DNA of 64,000 nucleotides from Pocillopora damicornis (taxonomy: Eukaryota). Each line of letters begins with the position of its first letter. Within the stretch, counting starts at the first letter, position 1. Shown here piece by piece: positions 40,401 to 53,704 of this stretch. The translations under genes and the position numbers were made by a program. The notes under the pieces were generated by a model. It was not told where the DNA came from. It searched no databases and saw nothing but the letters and a program-made list of their open reading frames with translations. The DNA is taken from positions 186,001 through 250,000 of the forward strand of contig NW_020846532.1 of assembly GCF_003704095.1 (NCBI RefSeq), given 5' to 3'.

Positions 40401-40879
40401 TTGCCTGTTCGTAGACATCTATTTCTTGTTATTTTTTTCTTGGAAACTAAACATGTGAGCCAGTGTCTTTAAAGAATTACTTGTCAGACTCTGAGAATTA
40501 AAGGGTTACAAGTGATGCTATCCACTTTATTTTACATTTCCTTCCATTTTCCTCAGAATATGAAAGGCTGAAAAAGGAAAAAGAAGAGAAGGCAAAAAAA
40601 GATAGAGAAGACCAACTAAAAAAGGTGCAGCAAGACTTGGGCAAAGGAGAGGCTGTTGCTATGGAAACAATCAAAACTGGTGCCCAGGCCATTGAGTCTG
40701 CACATGCAACTCCCTTCCATATCTCCCTTGGTGCTGATTTGGATAGTGATGATGATGATGAAAGAGGAGATGAGGAGGAGTGGGATGAGGAGGAAATAAA
40801 GGAACATGAATCCTTCAAGAGATTCTTAGAAAAGGAGAAACAAAAGGGGCAACACGCTAAAAAGGAAGAAAGTGGCTAA
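37492..40879 (+). CDS. GPN1: GPN-loop GTPase 1, ~395 aa, 5 exons
   Basis: Exons 37492-37650, 38378-38619, 38971-39190, 39582-39825, 40557-40879. P-loop [21 protein letters not shown] (GPN loop), [19 protein letters not shown], acidic C-terminal tail. Confidence 0.97.
38134..38340. mobile_element. piggyBac-type MITE copy in GPN1 intron 1
   Basis: Internal GACCAGGACAGAATTTCTCCTTACAATATCAATACAATATCAAGCAG shared with the 6123 and 56022 copies. Confidence 0.78.
40020..40195 (+). mobile_element. Decayed tRNA-derived SINE fragment
   Basis: tRNA-like head remnant followed by GTGTTCTTGGGAAA...AATGGGT...GGCAAACTGTCAGG. Probable tail fragments on the minus strand at ~2400-2465 and ~45650-45740. Family assignment is from recall. 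Confidence 0.45.
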
Positions 40880-41499
40880 CTGTTCAAGTCAAATGTGTTG
40901 AAAAAAAAAACAGACCTTGAGACTATATTTATCAGAAGAGCAAAAAAATGTTGTTATTTTAAGCACAATTATGTTATACGCTAAAATTAATTAGTAGCCT
41001 GATAGGAAAGGAATTACTTCAGTCTGTAAATCAGCCAATATACATGTCAATTGTGAATGATAGGTTTTTCAAACATTTTAGCTCACACAGCTGCTTAAAA
41101 TGTGGCAACAGACATCGAACTGTTTTCAACTTCTTATTCCTCTTGGTTTCACTGCTCAAAGCTCCCACTAAACAGCTGGTCATTCAGGCAGCAGGCATTT
41201 TGGTCAGAGCCAGGGCAAACATATTATCAAGTTTTGATGCAAGGCAGGTTATGCTGAACAAATTTTTATCTTAATCACTTTGACAAAATCGTTTCCTCGA
41301 TTTGAAATGATACATAAATCAATCTCCCTTGGTAAGACTTGTGGCTCATGTTAGCTCTATACTTCCTGTAGAGTACATGTCTTGAAAGGGATGAGGTTAT
41401 GGTGGTGTCTGGATGCATATGAAAGTAGTCCCGTTTAGACTAGGAGGTTTGAAGTCTAAGGAGTATTGTATTCGCGGAGTAAAAAGCCAAGAGAGGCTT

Positions 41500-41523
41500 G
41501 GGTCGGGTCGGGTCGGGTCGGGT
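41500..41523. repeat. (GGGTC)n microsatellite
   Basis: GGGTC x4 followed by GGGT. Confidence 0.85.
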
Positions 41524-44353
41524 ACTCGGTTAAAGAACGCGACCAGACCCAAACTTCTCTCGTTTTGTCACTCCTCCGCCACTATATTGCTGTCTACTAT
41601 TGCGCTTTCAGTTACTAACTTAGCGCCTGGAATAGGTTACCAAAGTATTTTTGAAGAACATCATTTACTCCCCCTTGGCATGAGCTTAGTAAAAGTGATT
41701 GTCCTCGAAAAAGCCATACGAGGTAGTCTGAAATAAATTTATGCCTCCTGGCAAGGGGTATTTAATCTTTTTGGTTCTCAAGGACTGAAAAATTACACAC
41801 AACCGTTAGGGTTCTACAGGAGTACTTAAGATCTGCGGCGAGGCCAAATTTTTAAGCGAAACACCAACTTTATTGTAGAAAGTCGAGATAAAAAAAGAAA
41901 CGCATTTCAAGGCCAAACGTTTGATAAAGGAAACATCCAAGTAAAAATATTTTTAAAATCAAGTACAGAGTAAATACCATTACCAGTGTCAGCTGGATAT
42001 AAGGATTACTAATCAGATCAAAGGAAACGAACCATGAAATTGCATCTAAATTCCTTGTCGTTTCTGCTCTCTTTGATCCTATGCAGTAATTAACACAATC
42101 AAATTTAATTAGAATCATCGTCCGTTTCCTGTAGTGAGGCAATTAGTGAAGTAACCCTGGGCCCTAGTAACAATACAGGCATTGTTTACATACCATTGGA
42201 TTAACAAAACTAAACTGACAGCTGTAGACATCTATCACAGACTGTGTTGATTTACTTAAATTTAAATTTCTCCTGGGTGGTCGAAGGCTGGGAGTCAAAA
42301 GAAAACGGAATGTCTGAGGTTAAAAATAGTTGCCTGGTAATAGAAATACAGTCTTTTGTGGTCACGTCCTCGTCATCGAGTTAAAGGCTTTTTTCTTGCG
42401 AAAGGGGTTAAGGAATTAATCTTTAGGGCGTGATCGCCTACCTGAAAAAAAGGGAAGAGATGAGTCTGTCAGTTTTTTCAAGGGTAATTCAACTTCAGTG
42501 GCATCACCGCTCCACGGCCGTGTTTATATATCCTTGTTTGTGTGCATATGTTCCAATACTGTTTTTCCCTTTTAATTTTCACCCCCATAGGCCAGCTCGT
42601 GGAGGCGATACTGCATCATTCCAAGTTAAATTTTCCATTTCTGTTCATTTAAGGTTTGCTGGTTTAAGAAACCTGAACGCTATTCAAAAACAATCGAGTC
42701 TCATTTGCCCACTGATGTCAAGACCTCGCCGCGTGAGTTGATTTTTTGTAACGTCTGCGCGCGAGGTCGTCGCGAATAGCTCGTGTCTCCCTCTTCTCGA
42801 GCGGGCATCTCCTTCCACCCACCTCGCGAGTCTCCCTTGTGATCACTCTCTTCTGCCTTACCACTAACAGAAGCCCGTTCCTATCCTGAAAAACAAAATT
42901 AAAAAAGAAGGGAACTCAGTTTAGCCATGGCCTAACCATAAAGTTTGAGACATGTCATGGTGTTTTGTAAACAAAGGCAAGAAGTAAGCTTCTCGATCTT
43001 TTACGAGATATTACGGCACCACTTGATCATAACCAGTAACTTTCTTGATAATACTTGATAATACACAGTAATACTCAGTAAACACTTCACAAGGCTCTTG
43101 AGAAAAAAGTGCATCTAGTTTGAATCGGTGAAGGAATATTTTTAATGATGAGGGTTGGGATGTTTTTCATTTTTCGGCGAGAAATTTGTGGTTCTCCTTA
43201 GCTTCGCTATGCTGTTGATTCTACTTCCATGGGTTGTACCATCAGTTCTGAGTGCAACTAAAAATATTTTGTCCAAATATGCTATTCGTCGCTGGATGAG
43301 ATCGATGTGTTACAATCTATGACGATTTTTTTTTGTCAGTCTGCATGCCAGCGATACGGAAAATATATCGACTTAAACGGGTTTTTAAGGCCTCAGCTTC
43401 ATGCTTTCCATTGACATATCCAATTGCCCCTCCCTCCCCCTTCATCCCTCCCTGGGAAAAGGCGCAGTCCCGGTTTTTTAATGGGAAAGCATTCAGCAGG
43501 AATTAAACATGAAAATACGCAAATTAGTGTCGAATGACAAGACTTCGACAGAAGGATGCTTGGTTTTCTTACTGAGCTTTCGTTGCAATTCTTTAGTATA
43601 AAAATCGCTGCAGCTAAGTGAAGCCGAGGTCGTACTCAGGCCAATAACGAGAGCCACTGAAGAAACGGAAGACAAAGGTCTCGACTAGTTTGCAGATTCA
43701 AAGGACGAACATGTTCTTTTGCGAATTCTTTGGAAGTGTCTCTTGGGAAGAACTGGCATCAAGGAAAATAAAGTTAAAGAAGTCCTTTCCTGACCAGCCA
43801 AAAATTTTTGAGGATGGCCCTCCCTCTTTCGAGCCCCGTCATAACACCCCCATCCCTCTTACCGCAACCGAAAACTTTCCCTGGAATGTTTCTGAAGTGA
43901 TAGCTTAAGTCTTTGCATAAAAACAGCGAGGTCCCCAGCATCGACGAGAATCGGGCGAAATTCGTGTCTCTGTTGCAAGGCCAACACAATAAGTTTGAAA
44001 ACTGAGCCAATTCTGCATTTTATTGACTTAAGTTTAAGCAATTCAATGGGGTTGACCTTTGCTTAAGCAAATTTCATTTCGTGTAAAAGGATATCCAATT
44101 ATTGGCAAGAGGACTGCGGTGTACTAGAGTAGAAAAAAGTAATTAAGTGCTGTTAAATCATAAGTTTTGTAATTAGAAGTAATTACATGATCTTAAACGG
44201 TTTATATTTCATAATTAAAATGGTGCGGTGATACATAAATACAATCATTGAAATTTATTTGCATTTTAAAAAGTCTGAATTTTGTCACGTGATAGCGGCG
44301 ACGGTTCCCTTGGTGACAGTCTTCATCCGAAACACAGTCCTCTGAACACCAAG

Positions 44354-46943
44354 ATGGCGGCGGTGGCTGCTGTAATCAGGGCAGAAACAACGGGTTCTGT
44401 AGCCTCAAGCTTTGAGCAAACTCTTACCAAAGCAAAAGAAAAACAAAAGGAAAAGGTTAAAGACACCTCAGATCCTCTCAAAGTCCTAGATCCTGTGAGA
44501 AAAAAGCTCACATCAGTCGAAGCTCAACGTGTGATAGCAGTTGTTGATGACTCGATCAAGAGATTGGAATTAGTCTCCCTGTTGCCATATATCATCGAAA
44601 ACTTAAACCGTTTTTCGGTCGTCCTTGGATCCGATCTGGTACAAGTTTTGGAAGAGCATGATCGCATTCAGTCGTCTTACCAAACAGCAATTTCTAAATT
44701 CTCACTCGACCAAAGGCGCAGTCGATCGGCTACTCCGACGGCATCGCATGTTTCATCGCGTCGCTCCAGTGAAGCTTCGCAAGCTATATCAGAGGACGAA
44801 CAGGGAATACCTAGCGTATCAGGTACTTTGCCGGAGAGCAGGGAAAGTTCTGCTGGCAGCAGGAAATCGTTCACCCAGAAACCAAGTCAACTGAGCCCGC
44901 TGCAAACCAGCAACGATCAAAGTGTGGACCTCAAAGTTGTCGATGCCCTTAGCACCCAGATGAAGTATTCTGTTAAAACCATTCTCAGGTTGTTTGCCTC
45001 AAATCCAGCCGCCGTAAACGCACTTAAAGATCTGAGAAACGAACGATCGGTGGAAGGAAATACAATGATCGACGAAATGACCACGTTGAGGGCGATCCTA
45101 TTTGAGCGATTATTGACAACACCAAGCGAAGAGAAAGAGAGGAAACAGTATTTGAAACAGATTATCGCTAGAGAAATGAAATCCAGTGAGACAGGCAGAA
45201 AACTTCAGGATGAACTGAAAAGAGCCATTGATGATAAAGAAAACGAGGTATACTGGACATGACTTCTGTAACAATTCTTAACTATTTTAAATCATGGTAT
45301 TCGAACCCTATATACTTTCTCCCCGCTCAGTTCTACAAACAGGAGAGATCACACACCAATCACTGAACTTAATATTTATTTTTTTAGATTTCCAAGAGAA
45401 ATGACATCATTCGTAGACTGAAAAATGACATCTACAATGTGGAGAAAAATGCGGAAGAGCAAAATCGTAGGGTCATTACTGAGGCAGCCAAGCAAGATGC
45501 ATCAGAAATGAAGAATTCTGACAGCAAGAAAAGCAAACTGCAACAAGAAAGCATAGAGTTAAAAAAGAAACTTGAAAGCGACACACTCACTCATAGAGAG
45601 AGTGAGCTGGCTTTGAGAAAGGTAAGCGTTAGTGGTTAATTACTACAAGAGCTCATCCCAGTTTTGATTGTATGAAGAAATTTACAGTATGGCTCCCTTC
45701 TGATGCCCTGGATGTGATGCCAATCCATTGCAGGAACTCCCTCAAACAACACCATATTAGTCCTATGGTATAAATATTCTCCGCACTGTTTGTTAATGTA
45801 CATCTCCCATGGTAAAGATAAGGACAATTTGGTCAAAAATCAAGAGGTTCTTCAGTTAGTGATCATTTCCAAAAATCTCATGACCTTTATGGTTGATATA
45901 GTAGTGATACTCAAAAGAGAAATTAGATGTCAGGCACTCTTAGGGTTTCAAGAGTTAATATTTTATAATAGAGGTCTAAACATCCATTCTAAACCAACCA
46001 AAATTGCAATTACCATTAACCCTCCCTCTCTAATAGGCCTATCCTTACCCTTACCCCCCACCCCTCAAAAAAAAAATCAAACTCTGCAAATAGCATTAGT
46101 ATAGTCATTCATTTAGGCTTGGTTATGTTTCATCTTAAAATAGCTTTGTAACTTATATTACTAGATCTAGGACTATACTTTTCAACCAAAGAAATGCTTA
46201 CTGTTACATGTTTCCTAAAATCAGAACAACAGTTCAGTTGGGGGGGCTTATTATAACATTTACAATAAGTTTACCTAAAGAAATGTTCTATCTACAGCGA
46301 AAGTACAAGATTGAAACTGAAGTTGAGAATTGGATACAGAAGTATGATACAGATATGGGAGAAAGACAAGTAAGACCTATATATATTTTTTTTTCACTCA
46401 AGAGATTAACAAAGAGAAAAGTCACAGGCTAGGCAGCTTTGTATGAACTTTCCATGCGAGATTTTTAGATAGTTTGATACAGTCGAGGCAGCTGATGATT
46501 GATTAAAGTCGATAGAATGTTGTAGCAAATTTTTAGAGCCGATTACGACGTAACAAGCGTCAGCCCTCCGTTGAAGCACAGAGAACAGCCATGGCACTTA
46601 ATTGAGAAACTATTTTTGAATCTTTCCGCTAAATTTTTGCACTCTGCAGGATGAATTTGATGCCCTAGATACGATCTACACGGAGGAGAAAAGGCAGCTA
46701 AATGAACTCGAGGAGCGTTTCAAGACCCTGGAGAAAGAGTACTTGGAAATCGTGGAAGCGAGAAGAATTGCAAAAGAGAAGGCCGAAGCTGCTGAAAGAG
46801 AGCTGAATTTGAAAATACGAGCGGCGAGATTAATACAGTCTCTTTGGCGAGCGCATAGAGCCAGAAAACAGCTCAACAAAAAGAAAAAGGGAAAGAAAGG
46901 CAAAAAAGGAAAGAAAAGTGGAGGAAAGAAGAAAAAAAGATAA
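44354..46943 (+). CDS. IQCD: Dynein regulatory complex subunit 10 / IQ domain-containing protein D, ~497 aa, 4 exons
   Basis: Exons 44354-45247, 45388-45621, 46298-46369, 46650-46943. Motifs [44 protein letters not shown], an IQ motif ([15 protein letters not shown]) and a Lys/Gly-rich tail. Confidence 0.9.
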
Positions 46944-47529
46944 ACTTCTCCATGGGGTTGAACAAAACAAAAGCCATCTTATGTAAGAAAAGCCTACAGA
47001 ATGCTGAACTAAAGTTAGCCGAGTAGATTTCTCCTATTATCCAACTGCTCTTCTTTCTGTTGAGTCTTTCTACCCGTTTCTCATGAGGCGGGAAAAGCAA
47101 AACGGATACAGAGGCGTAGCGCGCGCAGCCGACTGGTTAAACATGTTTTTTTTTACAGTCCAAAATAATCAATTGTTCAATATCGCAGGATATTTGTGCT
47201 CTATTCGCGCGTTATTTGTACTTTACTTTGTGCAGTTGGATAATAACTATAGCTACTCGCTCCTCCGATCCAAAACTATGAATTTTTATTGGCAGCCTTG
47301 TACGTCTTTTACATGGAATGTGAGCTCTATAGAGAGCCGCTGCTCTTGAAATGAGCCTACTCCTCTCTTGAAGAGTCGTCCCGGGGAAGAAAGAAGACAA
47401 CTGTAGAGAGCGGCGAGATCCTAGCCCGCATATAATGTCGGGAACTTGCTTAACTCTAGTGAAATTGGTTTTCTTATGACAAATACGAACTTGCGAAAAA
47501 TCGTCAAGTTTGTTGCTCGTTAATTTTAA

Positions 47530-47854
47530 AGAGGGGGCATGGAGGTTCATTAAAAATCTTAAAAGCGTAGTAAAAATCATCCAATACCGCAAAAAAAAAA
47601 TCGATCAAAACCGAAAACCGCGTTCAAACCGTCGTAACCGATTAACTTTCACGACCCAGTTATCAAAATCCTAATCGATCCGATACAGTCAGTGACAAGT
47701 GGAGCATCATGACGGAGGTTTCGCGGCTATTCGAGATCAGTGGAAGCGCATAATTGCCGCTCAGATCGAGGTGAAACCGGAACCCAAATAGGATAAAAAA
47801 CTTCTTTTAAAAAAGCTAAAATCTCGAAACCGAAAACCCCAATGCCCCCCCTCT
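47530..47854. mobile_element. MITE-like element with short TIRs
   Basis: AGAGGGGGCAT ... ATGCCCCCCCTCT; internal AAACCG sub-repeats. Confidence 0.55.
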
Positions 47855-48270
47855 ATAAAAGTCACCGTAAGATTTGTGCAAATATTGTAAATATGTAATT
47901 AAGGACGAACATTTACGGCGAAAAACTGATTTTTTGGTTCTGAAGAAACTTTTGTACAAGTTAGTTGTGTTACACTCTTAATGGGAATTCTTGTCAGTGA
48001 TGTAACTTAAATTATTATCCACCTGACCCATGTTACTTGCGCTATACAACGCTGGGGAACAAAAACTGTGGTCCTCTTTTAGAATGTTTTTCTTTGGTCC
48101 GAGACAGTGTGGGAGTAAATAAAGAAAGTGTCCTATAACAGTTGTGTCTATTTGAATATTCATTAAAAGTCTCCCTTTCCTGACTCCTTTCTGAGCTGTG
48201 CAGTAAAAGACTCCTCGTTCCAAGTCCTTACGGATTTTATCCTATTTAGTCGGCGAGTGTACGAGTCCAA

Positions 48271-48414
48271 GGTCCAGTTGTATAAAGGCCAGATTACACT
48301 ATCCAACAGATAAATCACTGTTCAGCGGATAATTGTTAAATAACTACTGCGCTATCCACCGCATAGAGATTTACCCACTGGATTGCGTAACCATGCTTCG
48401 AACAACCGGGGCCA
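48271..48414. mobile_element. Short MITE-like element
   Basis: GGTCCAGTTGT ... ACAACCGGGGCC imperfect TIRs with internal TATCCA/GGATA sub-repeats. Confidence 0.5.
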
Positions 48415-50063
48415 GAATGTTTGTCAGAGTTTGCCGGCGCAGTTTGATGTTCCATTTTTGACATGATCATCTTATGAGGTAATCCTTGTTTCTACTTTTT
48501 ACGGGTTTTTTGCCACGCCGACGCGACTTTCAGCATCCATTGTTCACCTACATAACAAATAACACGTTTCAGGCACGCATACCTGATCACGTACGATGAG
48601 TTGTTCGCTTACCTTTTTCGTTACAACGGAAGTCACACAAGTAGACAAATAAGTTTTAAAGGAAGTCCATACTCGTGGATGATACAAGCAAAATCTTGAA
48701 CGTAAGGTATTGTCGGCCTTGTCAAGAGAGAGAATGCAGGATGACTTTCATCAAAGTGCATTGATACCCGCAAAAGATTAGGAGCTTTAAGGAACTATTC
48801 ATATCCTTGGATATCACGCAGTACTTGAGAAGCGTTGCGTGACAACCTAATGAACGCGAATGCCTCAAGAGTATAGAGGTGTGTGTACCTTGAATTCAGT
48901 GGTTGGTGTCCTGGATCGGCTCTCAATACAAATCTTAAGGTACATTTCTTCTACACTGTTTTAAAAAACAAGTCCTGAATCATCAAGCATAACAAGAATG
49001 AAATCTGAAAGGTCACAATATGCAAAAACGAACGACTTCGAAGTGTAGCATAATTTTCGCTAAAAATAACGAGATTATGACGACAAGGATAGAGACAACT
49101 AAAAAATCAACTTATTTATGAAACAAAATAAGCAGGTTAAGACTTGAATCTGCAGACACAGGCTGGAGGAAACTAATATCTTTAATAAGAGCACGGGGAA
49201 AATCCTTTTGACGTGATCCTATTAATACTTTGTAACAATGTAAACTCTGATGCACGAAAACTTGAAAAAGTTGTGTGAAAGCCCTTCCTAACTGTTTCGA
49301 TGGGGCTTACGTTAGTCTCGCGAGCTGGGAAATGCGATGCGCACGCGTTAACTTTCGCGGTCTCGGGTAGCTCGCAATAAAAAATGACAAAAACAAAACA
49401 AAACAACAATGAAAAAAGCCGTAAGATCTGATACTAGTATATCATTTTGCTAATTACATAAAAATCACTTTACAACAAACCCATTAATTTGTTATTCCAC
49501 GAAGGATCTGTTTTCGTTATTTAGGGCTGTCAAAAAAGTTCACAACAGCCACTTGGGCCAGCTGGGAAATTACGCAGTTCTCAAATGTCGTGTCTTCTCG
49601 TTGTTGACCTTTTCAATCTCGTGGTCATTAGGCATATAAAGATTTAAATAATCGACGCTCAAAGCTGCATTTTTATGCAGATGTTGGTCCATTGTGAGTT
49701 TTAAGGCGGCAGCGCGTGAAGCACTCATTTTAAAAACCAATCAAAACTTTGAATGTACATTTTACCTGACAGGTACCGACGGACCTAATGAAGCATATCT
49801 CTTCTGTCAACTGTTCCATATTTATATGGGTCTCTTCACACGCATTTCCCATTTGATTTCCGTCCTGGCTCGTATTAGCGGGTAATAGTACTTGTGCTGA
49901 TACTGGACGGTAATAAACAAGCCAAAAGGATATAAACTTCTGCGGCAATTAATTTGTTATCAACTCTTCGTTCGACGAACGTGTCAAGGTGGAAGATCAC
50001 TCGGCAATTCAGTCCAGTTCGATAAACTACCGTCGAGTCCTGACTAGAGTAAAACGTGCTGTG

Positions 50064-51296
50064 ATGGAACTTGAACTCGATAGTATTCAAATCAGGGAAG
50101 AAAAAGGCCCCAAACATCGTAATGGAAGGGCATTTTCACGAAAGATGAAACGGCGAAGATTGGTGGACAAGAGAGGACGAATTCATGTGAATTACGTGAA
50201 CGTACCTGATCGTGGGCAACTGTATTATCTTTCAGACCACTTCACAACTTTAATCGAAGCTCAGTGGAGATACGTTATTCTCATTTTCTCGCTGTCTTTT
50301 ATAGTTAGCTGGCTGGTGTTTGGAACGATCTGGTGGGGAATTTACAGCTACCGCAAGAAATACCACGACATCGAATGTATTGAGAAAGTTGACTCGTGGA
50401 CTTCAGCGTTCTTGTTCTCGTTAGAGACGCAAACAACGATTGGTTATGGAGGCCGACAAGTCACACCGCACTGTCCGGAAGGAGTAATTTGTTTGTTAAT
50501 ACAATGTATCATTGGTTTGTTAATCTCCTCCACAATGCTAGGTCTCATATTTGCCAAACTTTCGCGCCCTCACAAGCGAAGATGCACTATTCTATTTTCA
50601 CGTCACGCTGTTATAGGTCCGCGTAATGGCAAACTTTACTTAATGATGAGAATTGCGGATTTGCGAAAAAGACAGCTCATAGAGTCACACATTCGTGTTT
50701 TTCTTATCGATCGATACGTCTCTCGAGAGAAAGAAAAAATTTGTTGTTTTAGGCAGCCTCTTTCAATAACTTGTGACAAGGACGATGACGATGACGAAAA
50801 AATATTTTTATTTGCACCAGTAGTTCTGCTGCACGAAATTAATGAACAGAGCCCCTTTTACGATTATTCGCCCGATGATTTACTTCTAAAGGATTTCGAA
50901 ATTGTTGTACTTTTGGAAGGGATCGTTGAACCTACAGGTATGACTATGCAAGCAAGAACATCTTACGTGGGCGATGAAATTCACTGGGGACATTTATTTG
51001 TTGACATCATGCGGTATAGAGACACGTCAATCGACGGTGGCTGCTATGACATTGACATCTCGCGGTTTCACGAAACTTTTGAGGTGGAACTCCCGCGAGG
51101 GACTGCTAGAGAGTTTTACGAGAGAAGACTTGAAGAGAACGATGAAGAATGTTCCCAGTCAAATTCGCAACAGCATGAAATGAAGGAATTGGAAAACACC
51201 AACGAAACGGACGCAGCCCTGCGCAACGATCGCAGTGGGGTAGCCTTGATTCCGAACGGAGACGTGGGAAAGCAAGACGGAGTGACTAAATTATGA
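50064..51296 (+). CDS. Inward-rectifier potassium channel (Kir/KCNJ family), coding region intronless, ~410 aa
   Basis: DHFTTLIEAQWRY, two TM helices, pore FLFSLETQTTIGYGGR, CPE, AKLSRP, FEIVVLLEGIVE, ARTSY, EIHWGH. First ATG at 50064; the track ORF starts at a GTG. Confidence 0.96.
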   Translation: MELELDSIQIREEKGPKHRNGRAFSRKMKRRRLVDKRGRIHVNYVNVPDRGQLYYLSDHFTTLIEAQWRYVILIFSLSFIVSWLVFGTIWWGIYSYRKKYHDIECIEKVDSWTSAFLFSLETQTTIGYGGRQVTPHCPEGVICLLIQCIIGLLISSTMLGLIFAKLSRPHKRRCTILFSRHAVIGPRNGKLYLMMRIADLRKRQLIESHIRVFLIDRYVSREKEKICCFRQPLSITCDKDDDDDEKIFLFAPVVLLHEINEQSPFYDYSPDDLLLKDFEIVVLLEGIVEPTGMTMQARTSYVGDEIHWGHLFVDIMRYRDTSIDGGCYDIDISRFHETFEVELPRGTAREFYERRLEENDEECSQSNSQQHEMKELENTNETDAALRNDRSGVALIPNGDVGKQDGVTKL

Positions 51297-53514
51297 CCAC
51301 TTGTTTTGAGCTGGTAACTCATTCGTGAATGGAGTGAGATTGAAAAAAGCGAACAGTCCAGTCATAATCGAAAGCCCTGCTGTTTCCATAGGAAACAACT
51401 CTTTTTTCAGCTCTACAAGAGTCCACCATTTGTATTCAAAACGCATAAAAAGTTCTACGGTCATTTAATCTTTTTTGTCCCTTGACAATTGATTGGTTTT
51501 CAAGCAGAGATCTTTTGATCTTCTCGATCAATTTTGGTCATGTTTTTTTTTTAATAGCTCCGTTGTACCTAATTGAGCAGCATTTAGTTTCCAACGCACA
51601 TTTTTAAGTGGCCAAGCCTGTGTTTTGTATTAGGCCTTCTCACAATGTGCCGGAAAAATTGGATTTGCATCATCATTTTTTTTCAAACTGTTAAGTTTAA
51701 GAGTTGTTGACTCAGTTATGACGAAATACTCATTCTTGTTTTTCCAATGATTCCGTTATCGCTTATTACGAGTTACAAATAGGTTGGCTTTTAAAATTAA
51801 ACGGAACATTTTTTAACATTTTCTGTGAAACAAAGGTGATCGATAAAAAGTGGTTTGTAACATTTTTAGTTTTTATTACGAAGACCAGATGGTTAAGTTC
51901 TGACGCATACAAATGTTTTGGAAAGAAAACAATTATTTTTGTCAAACAAACTGTTGTTGGAATATTTGAATGTTAATATGCGTGTCTTTTTCCGTCTTAA
52001 AGAGTAGTCCTTTTAGACCAAATGGTTTAGTGGTTTGTCGAAAACCAAACCGAGAAAAAAATTGTTTTTCAGTTTTGTTCTCGATATTTCTACTTGTTTG
52101 CAATCTCTGCCCGTTCGGCCTCGGGTGATATTTAGGCATTGTTTTGTAGTTTCCACACAAAAATAATTTACCTTCTCTATGCATTCCTTATCGGTGATAA
52201 TAGGGCAATTTGCTGTCGGCGGATTGTCGATATTGGCAATCCTAAAGTCTCGTTATTTTTATGCAAACAAAAGTTCTTTTGACAGTGATCCTTAAACAGG
52301 CCTTCCGGCGATAATCCGAAGTTGCAAAGAGTTAGCCCCTTTGTGCCTCACAATTATCTCCGAATACTATTTAATTCTTTTAAACAGCGGTTTAACCTAT
52401 GACTTGAAAGTGGTCGATCATAGAATGAGCACATCACGCGATTTTTTTAACCAAACGAACCGTGTGGCCAGTATCAAAATTGACTTCGCGTGATTTAACT
52501 CAAAATGCGATATTACATCATTCGCCTCAGCAGGAGTTTTCACGCGATCCAAGTGATTAAATATGTTAATATCTTCTCTAGTTGGTAGACAGAGATAGCT
52601 ATGACGCTTTCATGAAGTTGTATCTCCTTAGAATACTGAAATTCTCCTATGATTCATTTGTAAAGGCAGGCATGCTGCGGGCGCCTATAATTGTTGTTAT
52701 GGACGAAACTACTCGTCAAGGACCTTGTATTGAAAAACACTTGTGCTGTACAAGCGGGGTAATAACACTTCGTTTCCAGGGAAACACAATAACAGATCGA
52801 GAAACAACACTTTCGAAACATCGGACTTAAAAGTTGCATCTAGCAACATCGGGATAACATGTTGAGACTCGTAACAAATCAAAACATGTCCGTCACGGTT
52901 CATTAACGACTACAATTGTCATGCAGGTTTACATCACCCTTCGAATGATACAGCTGCATGAATCATGAGTGCAATTTTTTCATAATTGCCGTCATTGTCA
53001 GCTAAACCAACATAGCAAAAATTGTCTTCCTTTCACGAGTGTGACACGAACAATACACGCGTGACATCATGCCTCTCGATTACTCGCGCGGAACGCTATT
53101 CGTGGTTCTGTTACGTAAATCCGGGGCCGTCCACAATCGGCTTCTTTACATGCAAGTGCTTCAACATGTCTACACGTCTTAAAAAATTTTTTTACTACCG
53201 GATGGTTGATCAGAACGAGGATGATCTAGCCATTGTTGACACTATTCTACCAATATGTGGTTATAATTTGTTTTGTTTTGTTTTTCATTCCGCTTTGACC
53301 TCCTTCACAGTTGGACGATGATTCACGTGAAACATTTAGCTTTATCACATGATCAACCACCACATTATATAATTGTCATAGGAAATAGTCAGGTTAAAGA
53401 TAAAATAAACAATCAAATCGAGGGTTTTGGAAGTAAATGGAAGGGTGGTTGCCAAGGGGCATAATGTCCGAAAATATCTCTGCGGTTCGTAGGGAAGCAG
53501 GGTATTTATAATAG

Positions 53515-53704
53515 ATAAAGGTGGTAAGTTTCTAGAGAAACTGTGGTGCTGCGTCGGTGGGAGAGTATAACAGGGTCATTTAGTGTTAGCCCCTTGTCAG
53601 CCCCTCGCTCTGACGAAGGGCTAACGATGGAAACGTCAGCCTTTTTAACTGTTTACGATAGCCAATTTACGTTATCAACTCAGTTGATAACACTAAATTA
53701 CCCT
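53515..53704. mobile_element. Second copy of the hammerhead-bearing Penelope-like short element (degenerate)
   Basis: Shares AAACTGTGGTGCTGCGTCGGTGGGAGAGTATA with 22300-22331 (reverse complement). Hammerhead core at 53606-53640 (+) has a disrupted stem II. Confidence 0.7.

Noticed and set aside
40498-40818. Ser/Phe-rich minus-strand ORFs (also 46676-46903)
   Set aside because: Antisense shadows of purine-rich exons of GPN1 and IQCD.
49989-50063. N-terminal extensions from the ORF track for Kir (49989), IQCD (44282) and the receptor cyclase (10424)
   Set aside because: They start at GTG/TTG; the first in-frame ATGs are at 50064, 44354 and 10379.
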